A DNA stretch of 64,000 nucleotides from positions 2,432,001 to 2,496,000 of the forward strand of contig OZ244621.1 of the NCBI GenBank assembly GCA_965218425.1. The letters run 5' to 3'. The notes beneath the pieces are model-generated. The model was given only the letters and a program-made list of their open reading frames with translations, did not search any database and had not been told where the DNA came from. Position 1 is the first letter of the stretch; each line of letters begins with the position of its first letter. Made by a program: the position numbers and the translations under genes. Below, in pieces: positions 19,242 through 29,500 of the stretch. Source of the DNA: an uncultured Candidatus Binatia bacterium. GTDB lineage: Bacteria; Desulfobacterota; Binatia; UBA9968; CAXXLF01.

Positions 19242-19775
19242 TCAGGTTTCTGAAATATTCAAGGCTCCGGGCATGATCGGCATTGGCCGATCACGCAGAG
19301 GATGACTGATTTTAGGTGGACAAACCGTGAGTACCGGGCAAGGCGCTTCACGGCTTACTGATTTGGAGATGCTGGGACAGATTAGGCGCATGAGCACTCC
19401 TCTTTCGCGTTTTGCTATGACAATAATATCGGCTTCCTCTCGGCAGGCCACGGTGACGATCTGGGCTGCGGTGTTGCCGACTTCCACGTTGGATTGCCAA
19501 TCGATCTGATCCAGTTGACGGCTAAAGTCGCCCTGGGTGAAACGGTTGAGGTTTATGGCCGCGTCCCGGCGCAGGCACTCGAACAAGGATATGGGCGGCT
19601 TGTTTTCGCCGGTGAACTTCTCGGCGAGACTTTCCAGTGCATAGACTGGCGGTGAAATCACGTGCAGGATTGACAGCTTGGCGCGTTTCTCTTTCGCCAG
19701 CGATATTGCGTAGGAGAGTCCCGCCTTTGAGTTGTCGGACAAGTCGGTGGGAGAAAGTATTTTTCGGACTATCAT
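19242..19775 (-). CDS. Universal stress protein
   Basis: KILSPTDLS, ILHV, ADIIVI, APCPVLTV; AAGGAGG RBS before ATG 19775. Confidence 0.88.
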   Translation of the reverse strand: MIVRKILSPTDLSDNSKAGLSYAISLAKEKRAKLSILHVISPPVYALESLAEKFTGENKPPISLFECLRRDAAINLNRFTQGDFSRQLDQIDWQSNVEVGNTAAQIVTVACREEADIIVIAKRERGVLMRLICPSISKSVSREAPCPVLTVCPPKISHPLRDRPMPIMPGALNISET

Positions 19776-20019
19776 ATAAAACCTCCTTGGGACTGAAGCG
19801 TAATCATCGTTGCCTGTATCCATGTGACCGAAGAAATGTTGGAAGGTGGATCGTTTATTGTTTTCCAGGTGCTTTGGAAGCTAATTTAACGGGTCCCTGT
19901 TAATTCCCTGTGAAGGGGAGAAGACTTTTCAGTTAAGTCAGCGGAAAAAAAAGGGTGCAGGGTATCCTAAGTGGAATAGAAGAGGGCGATCTTATGGGAC
20001 GGCTGGGTCTTCTTGGCAG

Positions 20020-20043
20020 GGGGCAACCCCACGGGGTTGCCCC
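20020..20043. repeat. Perfect GC-rich palindrome (REP-like or terminator)
   Basis: GGGGCAACCCC-AC-GGGGTTGCCCC downstream of the acyl-CoA ligase. Confidence 0.6.
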
Positions 20044-20100
20044 GGACTCATGGGAAATCGCAATTCTGGAGGGATAATTGGGGATGGAAACCGTTGATTC

Positions 20101-21615
20101 TCAGCTCCGCGGCTCCATCATGTCCTTTAATTTTCCTTTGTCCACCTTGCCCAGGTGGGTATGGGGAAGGGTGGATACGAAGCTCACAGACTTGGGGACC
20201 TTGTATGACGCCAGACGGTCTTTGCAAAACTGGACTAGTTCCTGGGTTTGGGTTTCCGCACGCTCCTTGAGCACGACGACGGCCGTCGTCACCTCGCCCC
20301 ATTCTGAATCAGGTAAACCGATCACAGCCGCCTCTAAAACGTCCGGATGGCTGTAAAGCACCTCTTCTATCTCCAGAGGATAGATGCTGATGCCACCGCT
20401 CTTGATCATGTCCTTTCGTCTTCCCACCACGTAGAGGTAGCCCTCTTCGTCAAAGTGCCCCAGGTCTCCGGTATAAAACCACCCATCCCGAAAGGAGAGA
20501 TCGGTGGCGTTGGTGTCGTTGTAATAACCTTGAGAGGCCAGGGGACTTTTACAGATGATTTCTCCCGCCTGACCCACCGGCAGGGGACTTCCTGATTCAT
20601 CGATAATTCTCAATTCGGCACACCAGATGGGACGCCCCCCTGAAAGGGGTTTGGCATCCATGTCCTTTGGTTTGGCAATGGCCATTTGTCCGGAGTCGGT
20701 GGAGGCATAGGTCCGGTAAATATTGGGTGTAATTTTCTTCCGGAGGCCTTCCAGAGTCGGCAGGTGTACCCTTCCTCCGGTGATGCTAAGGCAGCGCAGT
20801 GAGCTGGTGTCAAAATTCTGAGTTTCCACCACCTGCAGGAGTCGTTCGCACATCGTAGGAACGCCGCCGAGATAGGTCACCTTGTCTCTCTCCACTGTTC
20901 TCAGGACCTCCACGGGGTTGAAGTTCGGATGTAGAATCACGGTGCCGCCAAAAAACAACGTTCCCAGGGTAAATGACCGACCGTGGCTGAAATAGATGGG
21001 GGATGAGAGAAGAGCGGTATCGTGCACTCCCAAACCTTTCTCGATGGCGTTATTGATGCAGTGAAGAGCGTAGGATCTGTGACTGACCAGACATCCTTTG
21101 GGAAAACTGGTGGTCCCTGAAGTAATCATCACAAGGAAGGGGGAGTCCTCCTCCACTTCCACGGCTGGCTCATTTGAACTGGGATCGTTTACAAGGTTAT
21201 TGTAGCTTTTGCTACCGAGAACAATCGGTTGGATAGCCTCAAGTGACTTCTGCTCCTTTGCACGGTTGTATTCTTCCTGGCAGGCGTCCTCGAGGAACAG
21301 GGCGACTGCCTGGAGCGATGCCAGGGTCGAGGCGATTTCCAAGGCTCGCCACTTGATGTCCAGTGGAATGCCGAGGGCGCCGATCTTGGCCAGGGCAAAT
21401 ACAATTTCAATGTGTTCAATGCGGTTACCCACCAGAAGGGCCACCGGATCGCCTTTCCGGATGCCTTTGCTGAGTAGACCATTGGCCAGTCGATTGACCC
21501 TTTGGTTGAGCTCGCCATAGGTAATCTGCCGCTGGGAATCTCTCAAGGCGGTTTTAAGAGGGTACTTGTAGGCGTTTCTCCTCAGGGCGTCGCCCATCAC
21601 CATCTCGATCTTCAT
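20101..21615 (-). CDS. Acyl-CoA synthetase (AMP-binding)
   Basis: ITSGTTSFPKG, YASTD, TGDLG, GRRKDMI, GKVDK. Confidence 0.92.
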   Translation of the reverse strand: MKIEMVMGDALRRNAYKYPLKTALRDSQRQITYGELNQRVNRLANGLLSKGIRKGDPVALLVGNRIEHIEIVFALAKIGALGIPLDIKWRALEIASTLASLQAVALFLEDACQEEYNRAKEQKSLEAIQPIVLGSKSYNNLVNDPSSNEPAVEVEEDSPFLVMITSGTTSFPKGCLVSHRSYALHCINNAIEKGLGVHDTALLSSPIYFSHGRSFTLGTLFFGGTVILHPNFNPVEVLRTVERDKVTYLGGVPTMCERLLQVVETQNFDTSSLRCLSITGGRVHLPTLEGLRKKITPNIYRTYASTDSGQMAIAKPKDMDAKPLSGGRPIWCAELRIIDESGSPLPVGQAGEIICKSPLASQGYYNDTNATDLSFRDGWFYTGDLGHFDEEGYLYVVGRRKDMIKSGGISIYPLEIEEVLYSHPDVLEAAVIGLPDSEWGEVTTAVVVLKERAETQTQELVQFCKDRLASYKVPKSVSFVSTLPHTHLGKVDKGKLKDMMEPRS

Positions 21616-21628
21616 GATCCTCTTCGCT

Positions 21629-22048
21629 CTATAAAGTCTTATGAGTGATCATTTCAAAAACCGGGAGCTTGATCTTGGGATCGTGGGTCTCTTTAAAAGT
21701 CACCATGACGGGAGCCCCAATTTTTACCCCTTCTACGTCCGTTGCCATGACCCTGCTTTGCATCAGTACCCCTTCGTCGAGAACAATATCCGCATAACAA
21801 ATGGGAGCCTCTTCCTTGAAGGCCGGGTTTCGTGGGACCCTGACCCAGGTATAGCTGTGGATGGTTCCTCGGCCGCTGACTGGTAGCCACTGGAGATCCC
21901 GATGAAAGCACTGGGTGCAGACGGGGCGAGGAAAAAACTGACGGTGGTTGCACTTTTGACACTTCTGCAAGAGGAGATTCCCTTCTGCCGCACCTTGCCA
22001 GAGTCCCTGGTCGATGCTGTTAATTTTCGGAAGGCTTTTTTCCGCCAT
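21629..22048 (-). CDS. DUF35 Zn-ribbon/OB-fold acyl-CoA-binding protein
   Basis: CQKC...FPRPVCTQC, SGRGTIHSYT; ATG overlaps the thiolase stop. Confidence 0.9.
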   Translation of the reverse strand: MAEKSLPKINSIDQGLWQGAAEGNLLLQKCQKCNHRQFFPRPVCTQCFHRDLQWLPVSGRGTIHSYTWVRVPRNPAFKEEAPICYADIVLDEGVLMQSRVMATDVEGVKIGAPVMVTFKETHDPKIKLPVFEMITHKTL

Positions 22049-23199
22049 CAGGACCTGCGTTCCATAACCAATCCGCCAGTACAAATTAAATTGCGTCCAT
22101 AGGCAAGCCATCCAATGCCTGTGACCAGGGCCCTCTCGGCCTTGGCAACCTGTCGCGGGCCGGCTTCGCCACGGAGCTGCCTGAGGGCTTCCACCAGATG
22201 GAGGAATCCGCCCCCTAAACCGGCCTGACCCACCGAAAGCTGTCCTCCTCCCGTGTTCACAGGAAAATCCCCGCTAAAAGACAGATCGTGGGCTTGCACA
22301 AATTTCCCCCCGTCCCCTTTCTTACAGAAACCCAGGTCTTCAAGCTGGATCAGCACCGCGATGGGATAGTCGTCATAAATCTCACAGAGATCAATTTCAT
22401 CCCGGCTCACCTCGGCAAAGAGCCTCTCACCTACGATCTTCATTCCTGTCGTGGTCTTGTCGGGAAGCATCTCTCCCACCTGGTAGTTTATTTTCTCCGC
22501 ATCGGTCAACAAATAGACCAATTTATCCGTGATTTGTTTTGCCCGTTCCTCCGAAGCAACCACGATGCACTCGGCGCCGGAGCACGGCATAACGCAGTCG
22601 AATAGGCGAATTGGATCGGATATCAACCGTGAATTGAGATAATCCTCCATGGTCATTGGGTTACGAAACAGTGCCTGGGGGTTCAACCCGGCATTTTCCC
22701 TCTGAGTGACTGCGATCTTACCGATTTGTTCCAGTTGGGTCCCGTACTCTTCCACGTGACGCTGTTCCACAAGGGCGAAAAGAGTGTTGGGCCCGCCATA
22801 GCCAAAGACATCCACATAGTTGGACCTTTGGTATTCCAGAACCCTTTGATGGCTGACGGTCCTGTCAAAGGAATTGCCGCCCACCAGTACGGCGAGGTCA
22901 ATGTGACCCGCTTCGATGGCGTCCGCCGCGCGTCTGAGGCTCATCACGCCGCCTGCTCCACCGTAGTCCCCGTTGAGCACCCAATCCAATTCCAATCCCA
23001 ACTGCTCGGCGACGAATGGAGACTGGTCTGGACTAGCCTGCGTGGTGACCGAAAACCCCTGAATCTCTTTTTTATGAAGGCCGGTTTGTTCGAGGGCCTG
23101 AACCATGGCATCGGAGTAATGCGAGAGGAGCGGCTTTTCTGATTGCCGTGAGTACGCTGTGGAACCGTAGCCTACCAGGCACACGCCTTTTCGTCTCAT
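22048..23199 (-). CDS. Thiolase-superfamily (SCP-x/Ltp-like) protein
   Basis: NPQALFR, DPIRLFDC, EIYDDY, LEDLGFC, PVNTGGGQL, EALRQLRGEAG.RQV. Confidence 0.9.
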   Translation of the reverse strand: MRRKGVCLVGYGSTAYSRQSEKPLLSHYSDAMVQALEQTGLHKKEIQGFSVTTQASPDQSPFVAEQLGLELDWVLNGDYGGAGGVMSLRRAADAIEAGHIDLAVLVGGNSFDRTVSHQRVLEYQRSNYVDVFGYGGPNTLFALVEQRHVEEYGTQLEQIGKIAVTQRENAGLNPQALFRNPMTMEDYLNSRLISDPIRLFDCVMPCSGAECIVVASEERAKQITDKLVYLLTDAEKINYQVGEMLPDKTTTGMKIVGERLFAEVSRDEIDLCEIYDDYPIAVLIQLEDLGFCKKGDGGKFVQAHDLSFSGDFPVNTGGGQLSVGQAGLGGGFLHLVEALRQLRGEAGPRQVAKAERALVTGIGWLAYGRNLICTGGLVMERRS

Positions 23200-23348
23200 C
23201 CAACCCGCCTTACGATGTACCCTATGAGTTCATCCTAGCATTGATTATTCGGACCCATCTCTTCCTTGTTGCCATAATACACGCGGGTTGGAAGGCTACG
23301 GCGATGAAAGCGGATATTGGGGTTGCAGTTTCCTGATGAGGAAGCCTG

Positions 23349-24056
23349 TCAATGGAGAGTCGGCTTGGAGTCATCGTCTCGATCGCCTGTAATTATTCGG
23401 AACCGACGTTTGCGGCGGGCTAATTGGTATTGATCAAAGTATATCTTTAACCAAACCAAGGGGTTTCCCCAACGGAGGTAAATATAACCAAAGACCATTC
23501 CCCCCATGTGAGCGAGATGGGCGATCCCGGAACCGCTTACAGTGAAGGAGGAGTATAGGGCAATGGCTCCGATGATCATCACGAAATGCTTCATCTTGAT
23601 GGGGAAGAGGAAGTAAAAGTAGACGGTTCGGTTTGGATAGGTGAGCCCATAGGCGAGCAGAATCCCATAGATTCCCCCTGAGGCACCGATGCTGGGGACC
23701 ATCTGAGACGGCATGAGGATGGCGTTGAGAATTCCCCCGCCTACTGCCGAAACAAAATAGTATTTGGTAAAGAACTTTGATTCCCACCTCCGTTCAAGAT
23801 CGCAGCCAAACATCCACAGGGCGAGCATGTTAAACAGGAGATGGAAGATTCCGCCGTGGAGAAACTGGTAGGTAAAAAGCTGCCAAAGGTAGTACTCCTT
23901 CCATACCAGTTGAGGCACCAAGCCGAAGATAAGAATGAAACTGTAATCCGTGAACGTTTGGAAAATGAAAACAACGACGTTGGCAATAAGCAATAACTTT
24001 ATTGCCGGCGTCATTCCCCCGCCGCTGAACATGACTCTTCTGGTTTGGTAAATCAT
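23349..24056 (-). CDS. Rhomboid intramembrane serine protease
   Basis: WQLFTYQFLH, HLLFNM, IGASG, AHLAHMGG. Confidence 0.92.
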   Translation of the reverse strand: MIYQTRRVMFSGGGMTPAIKLLLIANVVVFIFQTFTDYSFILIFGLVPQLVWKEYYLWQLFTYQFLHGGIFHLLFNMLALWMFGCDLERRWESKFFTKYYFVSAVGGGILNAILMPSQMVPSIGASGGIYGILLAYGLTYPNRTVYFYFLFPIKMKHFVMIIGAIALYSSFTVSGSGIAHLAHMGGMVFGYIYLRWGNPLVWLKIYFDQYQLARRKRRFRIITGDRDDDSKPTLH

Positions 24057-24336
24057 TTTAACCGATCCATTCCGGATTGGCCGTTGCAGGTGCTGTTTTT
24101 AACACCGTGGTAGATGCAAGGCAATGTGCTGCTATGGGTCCATTATTCTGAATTGGATCCTAGCGTGAAGTTAAAATTCAACTACGATCCGCACAAAGGC
24201 TTATTGTCCCCTACATGGGTCAAAAAATCCAGCTATTTCCCGTTGTTTTTTCCCCTGTTTGAAAAATAACGTGGTATAGAAATTGAATTTGTTTTTGGGC
24301 ATGAGGCGTTGTGCACTGGGCCACTCAGGGTCTGTA

Positions 24337-24891
24337 ATGGAAGAGTTGAGAAGATTTGTCAATGGGAAGGTGGTGGTTATGGTTGGGGATATCACCGGGG
24401 ATAAAGTGGACGCAATTGTTAACGCGGCCAATAGCTCCTTGATGGGCGGCGGGGGAGTGGACGGAGCCATCCACCGTGCGGGAGGCCCGGATATCTTACA
24501 TGCCTGTAAGGAGATTCGCAGAGATCACTATCCAGATGGTTTGCCCACTGGGCGTGCCGTGATAACCACCGCGGGAAAGATGGTCGCTAAATACGTCATC
24601 CATACGGTGGGTCCCGTCTATGGGCGGGGCGGGAAGGAGAAGGCAAAAGAACTGGCGTCATGTTACCGGAACTCTCTAGCCCTCGCCGCGCAGAATGGCC
24701 TTGATACAGTGGCCTTCCCAGCCATTTCAACCGGGGTTTACGGATACCCCCTGGATGAAGCGGCCCAGGTGTGTTCGAAAGCCGTACAAGAGTTTCTCGC
24801 ATCGAGTACGAGCGTGAATGAAGTTCGCCTAGTGTTTTACAGCCAGGACGACGCCGATACTTTTCTCGAAAGTCATTCATTTGAGGACTAA
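24337..24891 (+). CDS. ymdB: Macrodomain O-acetyl-ADP-ribose deacetylase
   Basis: GDIT, AIVNAAN, GGGGVDGAIH, VIHTVGP, FPAISTGVYGY. Confidence 0.9.
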   Translation: MEELRRFVNGKVVVMVGDITGDKVDAIVNAANSSLMGGGGVDGAIHRAGGPDILHACKEIRRDHYPDGLPTGRAVITTAGKMVAKYVIHTVGPVYGRGGKEKAKELASCYRNSLALAAQNGLDTVAFPAISTGVYGYPLDEAAQVCSKAVQEFLASSTSVNEVRLVFYSQDDADTFLESHSFED

Positions 24892-24981
24892 CGGCAGTTG
24901 CCTGCGAATTCAATATTGCACTGGATATGGAGTCAGTGGTATGTGGGGTCTGCGTGAGGATGAAATCCTGGGAGGACTATT

Positions 24982-25440
24982 ATGCATTTGTATCTGGTGA
25001 GGCATGGAGAAGCCAAGTCGGAAGAAGAGGATCCCGAACGTCCTTTGAGTAGCCGGGGCCGGGAGGAAGTGGATCGGGTTTCTCGGGCGGCGGCGAAAAA
25101 AGGGATGGCGGCATCGAAGATCTTGCATTCAGACAAGCTCAGGGCAAAACAAACGGCCGAAATATTGGCCCGTAATGTGATTCCGACTGAGGGTATATGC
25201 GAAATCAACGGTCTGGGACCTGATGACAATCCCTTGGTGACCAAGGCGGAACTCGAGGCCTCAGGCAGATCGTTGATCGTGGTAGGTCACCTGCCACATC
25301 TTAATCGTCTCGTCACCATGCTCCTCAACGGCAATTCAAGTGCACAAGTGATTGATTTCCCTACAGCTTCCATAGTATGTCTATCCCGCCGCAAGAAGGA
25401 TTGGGAGGTTAGCTGGACCGTGGACCCGGCGGGCGCGTGA
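24982..25440 (+). CDS. sixA: Phosphohistidine phosphatase
   Basis: LVRHGEA, RPLS, RAKQTA, VGHLP; GGAGG RBS. Confidence 0.92.
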   Translation: MHLYLVRHGEAKSEEEDPERPLSSRGREEVDRVSRAAAKKGMAASKILHSDKLRAKQTAEILARNVIPTEGICEINGLGPDDNPLVTKAELEASGRSLIVVGHLPHLNRLVTMLLNGNSSAQVIDFPTASIVCLSRRKKDWEVSWTVDPAGA

Positions 25441-25584
25441 GAGAATCCATGGCGCAGGAATTGAGGCGGTTACCGTTGCGAACAAATACCAAGGTTATGA
25501 AATTGGAAAAGTTGACTGGCGACGTGGGATGTTCTAAAAAGGATCATTTCATAGGGTCTGGGAATAAGGCGGAGGATCATCCAT

Positions 25585-26874
25585 ATGGCTTCTGATACGC
25601 TGTCTGTTGTCGATAATCGTACTGGAAAGAGCTATGAGTTGCCGATCAAGGACGGCGCCATCAGTACCATGGATCTGCGCAACATCAGGGTGTCCGAAGA
25701 TGATTTCGGATTGATGAGTTACGATCCTGGTTTCATGAATACCGCCTCCTGCCAAAGTCGTATCACATTTATTGACGGTGACGTGGGCATCTTACGGTAC
25801 CGTGGCTATCCCATTGAGCAGTTGGCTGAAAAGAGTAACTACCTCGAGACCGCCTATCTATTGATCAACGGTGAGCTTCCCACAAGTTCACAGCTGGAAG
25901 AATGGAATTGGAATGTCATCAATCATACCATGGTCCACGAGAGCATTAAAAAGTTCGTGGATGGCTTTCATTACGACGCGCATCCAATGGGGATGGTGAT
26001 TAGTGCTGTGGGAGCCCTTTCAACCTTTTATCCCGATGCGAAAAACATCTTCAGCGCAGAGTCCCGTAGGATTCAGACCTACCGCCTTTTAGGAAAGCTG
26101 CCAACCGTTGCTGCCTACGCCTATCGACACAGCCTGGGGCTGCCCTATGTTTATCCGGTGAACGATTTCAGTTACACGGGCAACTTTCTCAACATGATGT
26201 TCAAGATGACGGAGCTCCAATACAAACCCAATCCGGTGCTGGAAAGGGCCCTGGATGTGCTGTTCATTCTCCACGCGGATCACGAGCAGAACTGTAGCAC
26301 CAACACCATGCGCGGTGTGGGCAGCTCGCAAGTGGATCCCTATTGCTCCGTGGCGGCCTCCGCGGCCGCACTCTACGGGCCTCTGCACGGTGGGGCCAAC
26401 GAGGCGGTGTTGCGGATGCTTATGGAAATTGGATCGAAGGACAAGGTTAACGGATTTATCAAGAAGGTGAAGGGTGGTGAGGGACGGCTCATGGGGTTTG
26501 GTCACCGTGTCTATAAAAACTATGATCCGCGCGCGAAAATCATCAAGGAAACCGCAGACGCCGTGTTCCAGGTCACCGGACGCAATCCACTTCTCGACAT
26601 CGCCCTGGAACTGGAGCGCATCGCCTTAGAAGACGATTACTTTATGAAACGTAAACTCTATCCCAACGTGGATTTTTACTCTGGCCTTATTTACCAGTCC
26701 ATGGGACTCCCTCAGGATATGTTCCCTGTGCTTTTTGCCATACCACGGACCTCGGGCTGGATTGCCCAGTGGGAAGAGATGCTGCTGGATTCCGAACAGA
26801 AGCTCGCCCGGCCAAGGCAGATCTATTTGGGCGCGGAGGAACGCACCTATGTGCCTATGAACCAACGAGGTTGA
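25585..26874 (+). CDS. gltA: Citrate synthase
   Basis: LRYRGYPI, HADHEQNCST, GPLHGGANE, MGFGHRVY, YPNVDF. Confidence 0.97.
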   Translation: MASDTLSVVDNRTGKSYELPIKDGAISTMDLRNIRVSEDDFGLMSYDPGFMNTASCQSRITFIDGDVGILRYRGYPIEQLAEKSNYLETAYLLINGELPTSSQLEEWNWNVINHTMVHESIKKFVDGFHYDAHPMGMVISAVGALSTFYPDAKNIFSAESRRIQTYRLLGKLPTVAAYAYRHSLGLPYVYPVNDFSYTGNFLNMMFKMTELQYKPNPVLERALDVLFILHADHEQNCSTNTMRGVGSSQVDPYCSVAASAAALYGPLHGGANEAVLRMLMEIGSKDKVNGFIKKVKGGEGRLMGFGHRVYKNYDPRAKIIKETADAVFQVTGRNPLLDIALELERIALEDDYFMKRKLYPNVDFYSGLIYQSMGLPQDMFPVLFAIPRTSGWIAQWEEMLLDSEQKLARPRQIYLGAEERTYVPMNQRG

Positions 26875-27039
26875 GGCTTCTTGTTCTCGTCATCTCCGTC
26901 AAATTTTTTTAGTGCCCAAAAGATCCCGGCGCTGAAGCGTGGAGAACAATGTTTCAAACTCCTTACGGGAATCACACAGCAAACACACGGGCCTGACCCC
27001 GTGAACCCGTGAAACCAGGCATTCAATTCCTCCCTTGAC

Positions 27040-28269
27040 ATGAAAAAGCTGGCTATTCTTGTGGGAGGAGGCCCTGCCCCGGGCATCAACGCGGTGATTG
27101 CCGCAGCCACCATCGAGGCGCGCAATCGGGGGCTGCAGGTCATCGGTTGCTACCATGGCTTCCGCTGGCTGGTTCAGGGAGACACCCAACATATCGTTGA
27201 GCTGGATATCGGCGATGTCTCACGGATTCATTTCGAGGGCGGATCCATTCTCCTCACCTCGCGAACCAATCCCACCCGCAGTCCAGACGGCGCGCGCCGC
27301 GTGGCGGAAACACTTCAAAGCCTGGGGGTGCAATACCTGTTGACCCTGGGTGGAGACGACACGGCCTTTGCGGCATCGCAGATCGTCAAGGCGTCACCTG
27401 ACATCGCCGTTGCTCACGTTCCCAAGACCATCGACAACGACCTGCCCTTGCCCGCAGATATTGTCACCTTTGGTTTCACCACGGCTTGCAACCTCGGTAA
27501 GGACCTGGTTCGTAACCTCATGCAGGATGCCGTGACCACGGAACGGTGGTTTTTTGTTACCGTTATGGGAAGGAGTGCGGGCCACCTAGCCCTTGGTATC
27601 GGTGGGGCGGCAGGGGCCACTCTTACTCTGATCGCGGAAGAATTTCCGCAAGGAAACATTAGTCTCGATCGGATCAGGGATGTTATCGAGGGAGCCATGA
27701 TCAAACGGAGAGCCCAGGGGCGTGAGCACGGCGTGGTCCTTCTCTCTGAAGGACTCGCGGCGCGTTTGGATCCTGAAACTCTGAAAGGAATTGAGCACGA
27801 TGCCTTTGGCAATGTGCGATTGAGCGAGCTGGATCTGAGCGGTTCTCTAAAGGATCGCGTTTCCGCCAGTCTGCGGGCAAGGGATCTCCCGGTCACCATC
27901 GTGGCGAAACATCTGGGCTATGAGCTCAGATGCGCGTCACCGGGGGCTCATGATATTCAATACTGTCGAAGCCTGGGATTTTGGGCCACCCGTTTCCTAA
28001 TTGGAGGCGGGAGCGATGCCATGGTTACCATCCAAGCGGGACGACTGGTGCCCATCCCGTTTGAAGAGATGATTGACCCGCAAACGGGAAAGATCCGCGT
28101 GAGGCATGTGGACGTGGAATCGGAGACCTATCAGGCACTGCTCGAGTACATGATTCGGCTGAGGCCCGAGGACCTCAAAGATAAGTCAGTGGTCAAGAGA
28201 CTAGCGACGGCGGGAAAGATGAGTGAATCCGACTTCCTCAATCGCTTCAGCCCCATAGTGGGAAAATAG
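27040..28269 (+). CDS. pfp: Phosphofructokinase, probably pyrophosphate-dependent
   Basis: GGPAPG, GGDD plus PKTIDND (PPi signature residues), MGR, GYELR. Confidence 0.88.
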   Translation: MKKLAILVGGGPAPGINAVIAAATIEARNRGLQVIGCYHGFRWLVQGDTQHIVELDIGDVSRIHFEGGSILLTSRTNPTRSPDGARRVAETLQSLGVQYLLTLGGDDTAFAASQIVKASPDIAVAHVPKTIDNDLPLPADIVTFGFTTACNLGKDLVRNLMQDAVTTERWFFVTVMGRSAGHLALGIGGAAGATLTLIAEEFPQGNISLDRIRDVIEGAMIKRRAQGREHGVVLLSEGLAARLDPETLKGIEHDAFGNVRLSELDLSGSLKDRVSASLRARDLPVTIVAKHLGYELRCASPGAHDIQYCRSLGFWATRFLIGGGSDAMVTIQAGRLVPIPFEEMIDPQTGKIRVRHVDVESETYQALLEYMIRLRPEDLKDKSVVKRLATAGKMSESDFLNRFSPIVGK

Positions 28270-28594
28270 CCGCATTGGCTAGTGCCGAATCCCTGAGCCC
28301 ATAGCGCCTACCGGAAGTTCAAACCACGATGTCCTTTAGCATACCTGAGTGAGCGGGCAATCCTCTGATTTTTTCTTCTCTATGCTGCGTTTGTGCCGGC
28401 TTCCGTGGGCGGATCATCTCCCTGATGTGGTGCGTTCTCTCGCCAATTGGAAACGATGATTACCGCAGGAGGTTGGATCTTTCCCTTAGCGTGGGACCGT
28501 GTCAACGGCAGGGCTGGATGAATTAATTAAAATTTGCTACAGGTACTGGTTAAAAAACCGCTGGGAGACTTTTGATCCTGAAAGGAGAGGAATT

Positions 28595-29317
28595 ATGGAT
28601 ATCATTACATCATCCCTTCAGCTTGATACCAGTGATGGAAGGATGGAAGCCTACGAGGCCAGGCCCAAGGACGCAGGGCCCAGTCCGGCCGTTATTATTC
28701 TGATGGAGGCCTTTGGCGTCAACAGCCATATCAAAGACGTAACCGAGCGGGTGGCCCGTGAAGGATACGTCGCCATTGCACCGGATCTTTATCATAGGGA
28801 ATCTGAAAGGATTGTCCCTTACGAAGACCTCAAGAAGGCCGTTGGGATCATGAACCAATTGCAGGACCCCAAGATCATGGACGACGTCGGGGCTGCCCTG
28901 TCCCACTTGAAGACACAGAGCTATGTAGAGCAGGGGGCGATTGGGGTGACAGGGTTTTGCATGGGAGGTCGTTTTACCTATCTCACGGCGGCCCACCACA
29001 ACAAGGACATCAAAGCGGCGGTGGTCTTCTACGGTGGGGGTATCGCTCTTGGTAAACCAAGCCCCTTGGAACGCACGGGCGAGATCAACTGTCCCATGAC
29101 TCTCTTTTTTGGTGGCAAGGACCCCCTCATCCCCAAGGAACACGTGGATGCAGTCAACAAAGCGCTCACGGACAACAAGAAGAATTTTTCGCTCGAGGTC
29201 TATCCGGAACCGGGCCATGGGTTCTTCTGTAATGACAGACAGCAGAGCTATCACAAAGCTTCCGCTGATGACGCCTGGGAAAAGACCAAAGCCTTCTTCA
29301 CGCAGCACTTGAAATAA
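28595..29317 (+). CDS. Dienelactone hydrolase family protein
   Basis: EAFG, APDL, GFCMGG, FYG, D, GHGF; AGGAGAGG before ATG 28595. Confidence 0.92.
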   Translation: MDIITSSLQLDTSDGRMEAYEARPKDAGPSPAVIILMEAFGVNSHIKDVTERVAREGYVAIAPDLYHRESERIVPYEDLKKAVGIMNQLQDPKIMDDVGAALSHLKTQSYVEQGAIGVTGFCMGGRFTYLTAAHHNKDIKAAVVFYGGGIALGKPSPLERTGEINCPMTLFFGGKDPLIPKEHVDAVNKALTDNKKNFSLEVYPEPGHGFFCNDRQQSYHKASADDAWEKTKAFFTQHLK

Positions 29318-29338
29318 GTGATCCCCAGAGTTCTAACC

Positions 29339-29373
29339 GGAGGAGGAATGGAAAACAGCACCCTTCCTCCTCC
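29339..29373 (+). terminator. Stem-loop after the hydrolase gene
   Basis: GGAGGAGGAA...TTCCTCCTCC 10-bp inverted repeat; weak U tract. Confidence 0.4.
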
Positions 29374-29500
29374 TTACCCAATCCTTTGCTCCTGTTGAGC
29401 TTCCTCGTCCGGTCTTGGCGCCGCGCTTTTCAATTGAAGAAATCTCTATAGGAGACTTCCGCTAATCTGTGATAAAGTAAGCTACGAGGGAGTTTAGGGC

